From positions 1-40,438 of the IMG/VR virus record IMGVR_UViG_3300045988_112257: a stretch of DNA of 40,438 nucleotides; one strand, 5' to 3'. Source of the DNA: a virus. Numbering within the stretch: the stretch's first letter is position 1; every line of letters begins with the position of its first letter. The notes under the pieces were generated by a model that had not been told where the DNA came from, searched no databases, and saw only the letters and a list, made by a program, of their open reading frames with translations. Positions 27,297 through 33,725 of this stretch are shown here, piece after piece. A program made the translations under genes and the position numbers.

Positions 27297-27306
27297 TTTC
27301 CCCCGG

Positions 27307-27576
27307 TTATTTCACCCAACCCCAAAGATTTATCCAGTTTTTGGGACAAATTATCCGGTACATATAGGGCGGATTCCTCCAGTTGAGCCAGTCGAATATC
27401 CAGGCATCACCCCATTCATTATCAGCCGCCAGTGCATCCAGCTCCGGTATCCGCTCGTCCGATACGCAGTACACCCCGTAGCCCTCGTCCGTGATGTAGT
27501 GGCGTAAAAACTCCATGTGGTACTTTTCGGCTAAGGCCATCAGCGTGGCCTTGGTTCTCGGCATCCTTGCTTCCAT
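27307..27576 (-). CDS. Hypothetical small Trp-rich protein (89 aa).
   Basis: Second gene of the leftward unit driven by the 27982 promoter. Confidence 0.55.
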   Translation of the reverse strand: MEARMPRTKATLMALAEKYHMEFLRHYITDEGYGVYCVSDERIPELDALAADNEWGDAWIFDWLNWRNPPYMYRIICPKNWINLWGWVK

Positions 27577-27623
27577 TTTTTCTCTCCTTTGGGGCGGTGC
27601 TGCCGCCCCTTACCCTCTGTGTC

Positions 27624-27908
27624 TTAGCGGTTCAGCGTCTCGGCGGCGTGCTTGGCTACTGCCGCATCGTAGGCGGATTCGCAGTCCTCGTAGCTGTCAA
27701 AGTCTATATCCAGCTCATAGCACAGCGCCTCGACAAGATTCGGCTCCCACTCGGCATCGTCGTCTATGGCCGCTATAAGCTCATCTGCCGTAGCCGCGCG
27801 GACCTCGTTGCGGGGGAAGTCTTTTTCTGCTACCCGCCACATGGGGATAAAATCTTCGCCATACTGCTCGCGGGTCTCGGTGCCTTCAATCGCTTTGTAA
27901 ACCTTCAT
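27624..27908 (-). CDS. Small highly acidic protein (94 aa). Candidate anti-defence or DNA-mimic protein.
   Basis: Hand count gives 25 D/E versus 9 K/R. It is the first gene after a consensus promoter, and gggag lies upstream of the ATG. Confidence 0.6.
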   Translation of the reverse strand: MKVYKAIEGTETREQYGEDFIPMWRVAEKDFPRNEVRAATADELIAAIDDDAEWEPNLVEALCYELDIDFDSYEDCESAYDAAVAKHAAETLNR

Positions 27909-28019
27909 TTTTTTAACTCCCTCTGGGGCTTCAGCCCCTTGCTTTATCTTATGGCTATATTATACAGCAGATTTTATACTTTGTCAAGCGTTTTGCCTGA
28001 CAAAATTAAAAATATTTTT
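27909..28019 (-). promoter_or_regulatory. Consensus promoter, operator-like inverted repeat and conserved leader (copy A).
   Basis: On the minus strand: TTGACA (27987-27982), 17 nt, TATAAT (27964-27959). The palindrome TTGTCA-N11-TGACAA (27981-28003) overlaps the -35. The leader contains the hairpin ggggctgaagcccc. About 110 nt are shared with 29127-29238. Confidence 0.75.
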
Positions 28020-28022
28020 GCC

Positions 28023-28502
28023 CTACATATATATGCCGAAAACCTCTGCCAATGTGGCCTTGTGCTTTTGGGGGATTGGCCGCCTGCCACTCGTCCAGTC
28101 AGATACGGCCTGTCGGCTCATGCCACAAACATTGCCGACTTGCTCCAACGTTAGCCCCTTTTCGCGCATCTTTTCCGCAAGATAGTCGGGGTCGTTAAGG
28201 ATGGGGGCTGCCTTGCCGCGATAAAAAGCCAAGTCCCACATACATTGCTGCTGCGCGCTTATGACCTTATCACCATCGTCAAAATCTTCGGGGGCAAGCG
28301 GCTGGATCGCGTCGCTTATGGCGCGATCAAGGGGGGGCGTCATTTTGCGGGCGGCCATCAGCCACCGCATAGACATTGCAAAGCCGTGTGCCGGGCGGCG
28401 TTGCGCCTCCGCGAATAGCGCCGGCTCGCTAAGCTTATCGGGGCTGACTTGCCACGCCAGCCCGTAGATATACCCAAGTGTTTTTACTGCTTCATCTCGC
28501 AT
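28023..28502 (-). CDS. HTH (XRE-type) DNA-binding protein. Aca-like candidate regulator.
   Basis: C-terminal LTLEQVGNVCGMSRQAVSDWTSGRRPIP helix-turn-helix. It is the second gene of the unit driven by the 29201 promoter. Confidence 0.65.
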   Translation of the reverse strand: MRDEAVKTLGYIYGLAWQVSPDKLSEPALFAEAQRRPAHGFAMSMRWLMAARKMTPPLDRAISDAIQPLAPEDFDDGDKVISAQQQCMWDLAFYRGKAAPILNDPDYLAEKMREKGLTLEQVGNVCGMSRQAVSDWTSGRRPIPQKHKATLAEVFGIYM

Positions 28503-28517
28503 TTTTTCTCTCCTTTT

Positions 28518-29126
28518 TTATTTTAATAACATGGGCAGCAGCGCGTCGCGATTTGCCATTATGTACTCCCAGCACTGCCGTATCATAGCGGGCTGTATGG
28601 CTTCTCTGCTGCCGAATACCTCTATTTGCCGCCCGCTGAGTAGCTCTATGCCGACAAGGCATCTCTTGGCGCGGCGTTCCTCCGGCGGCGTTGTGCCGTA
28701 GTCTCGCGCATATATGCCGTAGGCATCCACAAATTCAACCGGGGTTATGTTGGCCAAGCCGGACTCTATGTTATTGATTTCGTATTCGGCGGGTTCCTTG
28801 GCTTCTTCGTTTGCGGTTTCTTCCGTTTTCTCAGTTTCGGGCTCTTCGGTTTCGGTGCGGGGGACGTAGACCACGATGGTCTTTGTTTCTTTGTTGTAGC
28901 TGCCGCGCTCGGTCTTGCATTCGCCATAGTTTTCTTTGTATTCGCGGTAGGACATTTCTACGGCTTCGCAACCTTCGGCGTTCTCGGCGTTTATGTGGGC
29001 TTCGTAGCAATCGGGGCAGTCGCCGTAAGTCTCATACCACTTGATTTTGCGTTCGCGTTGTTCGTTCGTGCCAAACAGCTCTATCGTAGCAGTGTGACCG
29101 CAGGAAAATGTTACATCGTACTTCAT
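28518..29126 (-). CDS. Hypothetical protein with an N-terminal Cys/His cluster and an acidic linker (202 aa).
   Basis: Contains FSCGH...GDCPDCYEAH and TETEEPETEKTEE. It is the first gene after the consensus promoter. Confidence 0.6.
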   Translation of the reverse strand: MKYDVTFSCGHTATIELFGTNEQRERKIKWYETYGDCPDCYEAHINAENAEGCEAVEMSYREYKENYGECKTERGSYNKETKTIVVYVPRTETEEPETEKTEETANEEAKEPAEYEINNIESGLANITPVEFVDAYGIYARDYGTTPPEERRAKRCLVGIELLSGRQIEVFGSREAIQPAMIRQCWEYIMANRDALLPMLLK

Positions 29127-29238
29127 AATTTTTAACTCCCTTCGGGGCTTGTCGCCCTTGCTTTATCTTATGGCCTTATTATAGCATGCAATTCCATTCT
29201 TGTCAAGCATTTTGCCTGACAAAATTAAAAAATATTTT
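29127..29238 (-). promoter_or_regulatory. Consensus promoter, operator-like inverted repeat and conserved leader (copy B).
   Basis: On the minus strand: TTGACA (29206-29201), 17 nt, TATAAT (29183-29178). TTGTCA-N11-TGACAA lies at 29200-29222. The leader and upstream blocks are near-identical to copy A, while the -35/-10 spacer differs. Confidence 0.75.
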
Positions 29239-29330
29239 TCCCCCGCTAAATGCCCGCAAAATTCCCTCCTCGCGCACAGGGCGCGGGGCTTAATTTTTGC
29301 GAAAATTAAGGCATAAGGAGGCGAGAAAAA

Positions 29331-29762
29331 ATGTGGAATCCTAACCCCTTTTTTGGCGGCTATCAGCAGCCCCAGCAGTACCAGCAGCGCACCGAAATTG
29401 CCCAAGTCAATGGCGAGGGCGGGGCGAAGGCGTACAACCTTGCGCCCAATAGCAGCATCCTGTTGCTGGACACCACCGCGCCCATAGTCTGGCACAAGTG
29501 TACTGACAGCGCGGGGTATCCTACATTAACCCCGTACACCATCACACCGTATCAGCCTGCGCCGCCCGTAGACATAAATGACCTCGCGGCGAGAATATCA
29601 AAATTGGAGGACAAATTAAATGCCGAATCCCATACTGCAAGCAATGAAAACTGGAAGCCAGCAGACCCCGCAAATATCCCCGCAGCTAATCGCCCAGGCG
29701 AAAAGCATGATGGGAATGCCCGCGCAAATGCAGCAGGTAATGCGGATGCTCGGCGGGCGTGA
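29331..29762 (+). CDS. Hypothetical Q/P-rich protein.
   Basis: RBS aaggagg. The N-terminus reads MWNPNPFFGGYQQPQQYQQ, followed by a conserved-looking core VNGEGGAKAYNLAPNSSILLLD. The last 143 nt overlap the next ORF, so the true 3' end is uncertain. Confidence 0.5.
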   Translation: MWNPNPFFGGYQQPQQYQQRTEIAQVNGEGGAKAYNLAPNSSILLLDTTAPIVWHKCTDSAGYPTLTPYTITPYQPAPPVDINDLAARISKLEDKLNAESHTASNENWKPADPANIPAANRPGEKHDGNARANAAGNADARRA

Positions 29763-29838
29763 CCCCCAGCAGATGTTTTATAGTCTGTGCCAGCAGCGCG
29801 GCATAGACCCTGAAAGCATCTTATCACAGATACGATAA
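29620..29838 (+). CDS. Hypothetical small helical protein (72 aa).
   Basis: ggagg lies 8 nt upstream of the ATG. Confidence 0.45.
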   Translation: MPNPILQAMKTGSQQTPQISPQLIAQAKSMMGMPAQMQQVMRMLGGRDPQQMFYSLCQQRGIDPESILSQIR

Positions 29839-29890
29839 ATCACGCGCGATTTATATACCAAAAAAATAAAATTATGAAGGAGAAAAGACA

Positions 29891-30517
29891 ATGGATAATG
29901 TACCCTCTTTGGCGGATATTGCCGCCGTAACGGACAAAAACGACGGCCTTGGCGGTAGCATGGGCGGAGGTTTTTGGATTTTCGCTCTTATCGTGCTTTT
30001 GGCTATGATGGGCGGAGGCTTTGGCGGCTGGGGCAATCGCGGCAACGGTGACTACGGCCAGTACGCGACCGCAGCGACGCAGCAGGAAATCCTTTTCGGC
30101 CAGCATTTTGGCCAGCTTAATGACCGCTTGACCAACATCGGCAACGGCATATGCAGCCTTGGCTACGATATGCAGGGCAACATCGGCCAGCTTGGGAAGG
30201 AAATGGCGCTGGCGCAGAACGGCACGAATATGGCCGTGATGCAGTCCGCGAACGGCATACAGTCCCAGATGGCGGACTGCTGCTGCGCCGTACAGCGTGG
30301 CATGGATGCCATCAACGCCAATATCGACGCAAAATTCGCGGCGCTCGAAAAGGCGCAGCTTGAGCAGCGCATAGCCCAGCTTGAGCAGGCTAATAATCAG
30401 CTTTTCGTCCGCGAGCAGCTGACGGGCGTGGTACGCTACCCCAACGGCTACACTTACAACGCCGGAAATAGCCCGTTTTGCGGCTCCGGCTGCGGCTGCG
30501 GCAATAGCTGCTGCTAA
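29891..30517 (+). CDS. Membrane protein with Gly-rich segments, a coiled coil and a Cys-rich C-terminus.
   Basis: GGGFWIFALIVLLAMMGGGFGGWGNRGNG, then DCCCAV, then AQLEQRIAQLEQ, and a C-terminal FCGSGCGCGNSCC. Confidence 0.6.
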   Translation: MDNVPSLADIAAVTDKNDGLGGSMGGGFWIFALIVLLAMMGGGFGGWGNRGNGDYGQYATAATQQEILFGQHFGQLNDRLTNIGNGICSLGYDMQGNIGQLGKEMALAQNGTNMAVMQSANGIQSQMADCCCAVQRGMDAINANIDAKFAALEKAQLEQRIAQLEQANNQLFVREQLTGVVRYPNGYTYNAGNSPFCGSGCGCGNSCC

Positions 30518-30591
30518 CGCATGACACCATCCGGCTTTGCCGTGACTATCGGGGCGGCTTGACCGCCCCTTGATTATGAAAGGAGAAAATT

Positions 30592-31002
30592 ATGGCTTGC
30601 AAGAATATATGCCGGCTTTGCCCCCACCTCATTATATCCCAGTCCGTGACATTTGTGGCGGGTACTGGGCTCATTATCAATCTGCCCGCAGGCGTGTACG
30701 CCAACGGCGAGAAGTATTGCATCGTCGTGGCGCAGAGCATACCCGATACCACCACTATATCCGCGCCCGTATATATCACCATCGGCACAGGCACGGCGCA
30801 GTATCCCCTGATAAACCGCTGCTGCGCACAGGTGACCGCGTGCAGCATGCGTAAGCGCACCAAATACAGCACCGTGGTATCCACCACCCCCACGGGCGGG
30901 ACTTTTAAGCTGCTCGGCAACCCGCCTTGTGCACCCAATAACGACCTTACGGGGCTGACTGGCGGAGCCGTCGCCACCGTGGCGGAGGCGGCTAAAAAAT
31001 GA
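30592..31002 (+). CDS. Cys-rich beta-rich protein of unknown function.
   Basis: MACKNICRLCP at the N-terminus and NRCCAQVTAC internally. RBS aaaggag. Confidence 0.55.
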   Translation: MACKNICRLCPHLIISQSVTFVAGTGLIINLPAGVYANGEKYCIVVAQSIPDTTTISAPVYITIGTGTAQYPLINRCCAQVTACSMRKRTKYSTVVSTTPTGGTFKLLGNPPCAPNNDLTGLTGGAVATVAEAAKK

Positions 31003-31307
31003 AGCTAATTAATGACCTGTCCGACCAGATTTGCGAAGAAATCGCAGACGCTGAAAAGTATGCTAAGTGGGCGCTTGCGGTCAAGGACGATATGCCGACC
31101 GTAGCGCAGACCCTGTACACCATATCGGGGCAGGAGCTGACCCACGCATCCATGCTGCACGACCTTGTAGCCCGCGCTATATCGGACTACAAGGCGAAGC
31201 ATGGCGACCCTCCCGCCGATATGCTGACGCTGTACAAATATTTGCACGGCAAGCAGATAGACAAGACGGAACGTGTAAAAAGGTATCAGGAAATGTATAA
31301 GGCGTAA
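30999..31307 (+). CDS. Small helical-bundle (ferritin-like?) protein.
   Basis: ATGA overlap with the upstream gene. Helical heptad-like sequence EEIADAEKYAKWA...GQELTHASMLHDL. Confidence 0.45.
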   Translation: MKLINDLSDQICEEIADAEKYAKWALAVKDDMPTVAQTLYTISGQELTHASMLHDLVARAISDYKAKHGDPPADMLTLYKYLHGKQIDKTERVKRYQEMYKA

Positions 31308-31326
31308 TCTATTTACACCAACCCCC

Positions 31327-31346
31327 GGCAACTTTGCGGCAACTTT
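31327..31346. repeat. Pair of GGCAACTTT units with 11-nt spacing. Candidate integrase arm-type sites, left pair.
   Basis: cGGCAACTTTgcGGCAACTTTtt. The same arrangement recurs at 31546-31565. Confidence 0.45.
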
Positions 31347-31463
31347 TTATTGCGCGTCCGTGCTAACGGCTGTTTGTGAAAATGCCTAAATATCTATGGT
31401 TTGTGGTACAATTACGTACTTTTGTGGGCAAAAAATCCAAGTAGCTGCCGGATACCAAAGAAG

Positions 31464-31495
31464 AAAAGCACTCATAAAAATGGGTGCTTTTTCTT
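31464..31495. terminator. Bidirectional terminator between the cargo module and int.
   Basis: aaaagcactc-ataaaaat-gggtgctttt, with T-runs on both strands. Confidence 0.7.
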
Positions 31496-31512
31496 AGTAT
31501 TTTAGGCGTTTT

Positions 31513-32655
31513 TTAATTACCGCCGTTGCCGTGCGCTTTGGGGCTGGCAACTTTACGGCAACTTTTTTCAAATGCGCCCTGTAACTGCTTTGCACTGTAT
31601 TTTTCCTTCTGCGCCGAAAGGTGTGAATATATTTCAAGCGTGATTTTCGCGTTGGCATGGCCTAAATATCTTTGGGCGGAAAGCACGTCCACGCCCGCGT
31701 TATATAGTACACTGGCATAATTATGCCGAAGGTAATGCGGGGTTATGACCGATATCATCCGCCCGCCCTTTTCAATCGCGTCAATCTCCGGCGCGATATC
31801 ATATAGCCGCGCCATTAAGTCGTCCCATAGGCGGTATCGTGTCGCATTGCGGTGATATGACCCTGTAGACGACGGTACTACATACGACTGCGGCAGCCCG
31901 CGCACGGGGCGCAGCTTGTCCGCCAGTTCGCGCGGCATGGGGATTGTCCGCACGGACTTATCCGTTTTGGGTGCATCTATCTCCCCTGTCTTGCCCGCCG
32001 CCTGCTGCTCTATGCGGATTGTCCCCGCCTTGAAGTCAATGTGCCGCCATTGCAGGCCGCAGGCCTCGCCGTAGCGCATACCCGTGTAGTACAGCAGGGC
32101 AAGCATTAATGTGCCGTCCTCGTCCATCAGGCGCAGAACCGCATCCGTCTCCGCGTCCGTCAATGCCCTGCGCGTCTCCTTGGGCTTGGATGGGATTGTA
32201 AGCCCGACCGTGATATCCCGCGGGATAAGCCCCTGACTATACGCCCGCTGAAATACCCCGCGCAGGATTGTAGATATGTTGCCTATTATGGCGGCGCATG
32301 TGTCGGCCTTGGCGTTCAGCAGCCGCTGCAAGTCCTCCGTGGTGATAGCCGTCAGCCTTCGCCCCGCAAGCGCGGGAAAGATGTGCTTATATAGCGCCGT
32401 GCGGTATGACATCTGCGCGGATACGCCTATATGCGGCTGCTTGTACACCTCGTACCATGTCAGTGCGTATCGGTCAAAAAGTACTCCCTCCGGTGCAGCG
32501 TTTGCGCCCGTGACGTACTTTTCACGCGCCGCTGCCTTAGCCGCTTCTAATTCTTTTTTGGTGCGTCCTGACACATACTTGACTATGCTTTTCCCGCTTG
32601 CGTCCGTGCCGACTGTGATTTTTGCACGGTAGCGCCCATCTTTTTGCTTCGCCAT
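31513..32655 (-). CDS. int: Tyrosine recombinase / phage integrase.
   Basis: Catalytic signature contexts TGMRYGEACGL (Arg), HYLRHNYAS (H-x-x-R) and LGHANAKITLEIYSHL (His...Tyr). Confidence 0.9.
   Translation of the reverse strand: MAKQKDGRYRAKITVGTDASGKSIVKYVSGRTKKELEAAKAAAREKYVTGANAAPEGVLFDRYALTWYEVYKQPHIGVSAQMSYRTALYKHIFPALAGRRLTAITTEDLQRLLNAKADTCAAIIGNISTILRGVFQRAYSQGLIPRDITVGLTIPSKPKETRRALTDAETDAVLRLMDEDGTLMLALLYYTGMRYGEACGLQWRHIDFKAGTIRIEQQAAGKTGEIDAPKTDKSVRTIPMPRELADKLRPVRGLPQSYVVPSSTGSYHRNATRYRLWDDLMARLYDIAPEIDAIEKGGRMISVITPHYLRHNYASVLYNAGVDVLSAQRYLGHANAKITLEIYSHLSAQKEKYSAKQLQGAFEKSCRKVASPKAHGNGGN
31546..31565. repeat. Pair of GGCAACTTT units (right pair), located inside the 3' end of int.
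   Basis: tGGCAACTTTacGGCAACTTTtt. Confidence 0.45.
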
Positions 32656-32763
32656 TTCATTGCCCCCTTTGTGATTTTATGATATAATAGGGGCGAGCGT
32701 AGTTCGGCTATATCTCGCTCCCTTCCCTTTGTACCGTGCGGATTGCAGCCGCACGGAATTTTT

Positions 32764-33699
32764 TTACATGTTCATCAAATCGTAAAATACATTCTCCGAT
32801 ATTATCTGCAAGTCCGCCCCCTTTGCGATCAGGCTTTCAGCCCGTTTCAGTTTGCTGCTTTTGCCGTCCTTGATCCTGCTGTAGTCGCTCGCGCCGAGGA
32901 TTAGGAAATTGGTGTCCTTGGTGACCCCGTTGTCGCACAGTCCGCCGACATTTACCACGGCCTGCGCCGCGTCCAGGCGCACCATTTTGGCAAGCGTGCC
33001 AGTAAATACGCAATGTTTGCCGTATAGCGGGTGCATCTCGTCCACCGCCGTACCGTCTGCGGTAAGCGCGTGCAAGTCTGGGCGGGCGCTGCCATGGCTT
33101 GCCATCGCCGCCGTGAAATCGTCCCTGCCTATGCCCGCGTCTATATGTGCCAGCAATGCCTTATAACAGTCAATCGTAGCATGGCAGTCACCTATAGCGC
33201 GATGGGCTTGCGCGTGGTCAACGCCGAGCGCGTTCACAATATCCCTAAGCCTGTGGTGCTTCAAGTCGGGCAGCACTCGGCGGGATATGCGCATGGTGTC
33301 TATATAGCCATTGCTCACGGGCGATAAACCCTGACGTTCACAATTATCATAGATAAAATTGATGTCAAAATTTATATTATGGCCTAAAATGATATCGTCG
33401 CCCAGAAATTCACGGGCGGCGGGAAGCACCTCCGGCAGCGCCGGGGCGGCTGCAAGCATATCGTTTGTGATGCCCGTCAGCTCCGTCACAAATTCGTCTA
33501 TCTCCACGCCTGGGTTTACCAGCGTGCTATACTCCGCCGCTACTTCGCCGTGGCGGACGCGCACCATGCCTATTTCTATGATGCTATCCCATTCCGGGTC
33601 AAGCCCTGTCGTCTCCAAGTCCAGCGCAACAAAATCCTCCGGCAGCGCATTTACGGCCTTGCCCTTGTTTTCGCGGACTTTTGCAAGCTTTTTTTTCAT
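32764..33699 (-). CDS. DEDD (DnaQ/epsilon-like) 3'-5' exonuclease fused to a C-terminal BRCT domain.
   Basis: Exo I FVALDLETTGL, Exo II HNINFDINF, Exo III HRAIGDCHAT. BRCT-like segment CVFTGTL...GGLCDNGVTKDTNFLILG. The start was moved to the ATG at 33699, after gacaggagga. Confidence 0.75.
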   Translation of the reverse strand: MKKKLAKVRENKGKAVNALPEDFVALDLETTGLDPEWDSIIEIGMVRVRHGEVAAEYSTLVNPGVEIDEFVTELTGITNDMLAAAPALPEVLPAAREFLGDDIILGHNINFDINFIYDNCERQGLSPVSNGYIDTMRISRRVLPDLKHHRLRDIVNALGVDHAQAHRAIGDCHATIDCYKALLAHIDAGIGRDDFTAAMASHGSARPDLHALTADGTAVDEMHPLYGKHCVFTGTLAKMVRLDAAQAVVNVGGLCDNGVTKDTNFLILGASDYSRIKDGKSSKLKRAESLIAKGADLQIISENVFYDLMNM

Positions 33700-33725
33700 G
33701 TCGTTTCCTCCTGTCTTTTTACAAA

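Noticed and set aside
27117-27386. 89-aa plus-strand ORF and the 121-aa minus-strand ORF 26868..27233 covering the mini-array region.
   Set aside because: Neither has an RBS. Both run through two terminators and the repeat hairpins. The region is better explained as a non-coding promoter-repeat-spacer-repeat-terminator unit.
27567-28154. 195-aa plus-strand ORF across the leftward island.
   Set aside because: It is antisense to two minus-strand genes and crosses their consensus promoter. It has no RBS and a hydrophobic, low-complexity shadow-frame composition.
31308-31512. tRNA gene or tRNA 3' fragment at the attachment region.
   Set aside because: No T-arm (GTTCRANYC-like) or acceptor-stem pattern was seen when reading both strands. 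No tRNA or rRNA was recognised anywhere in the window.
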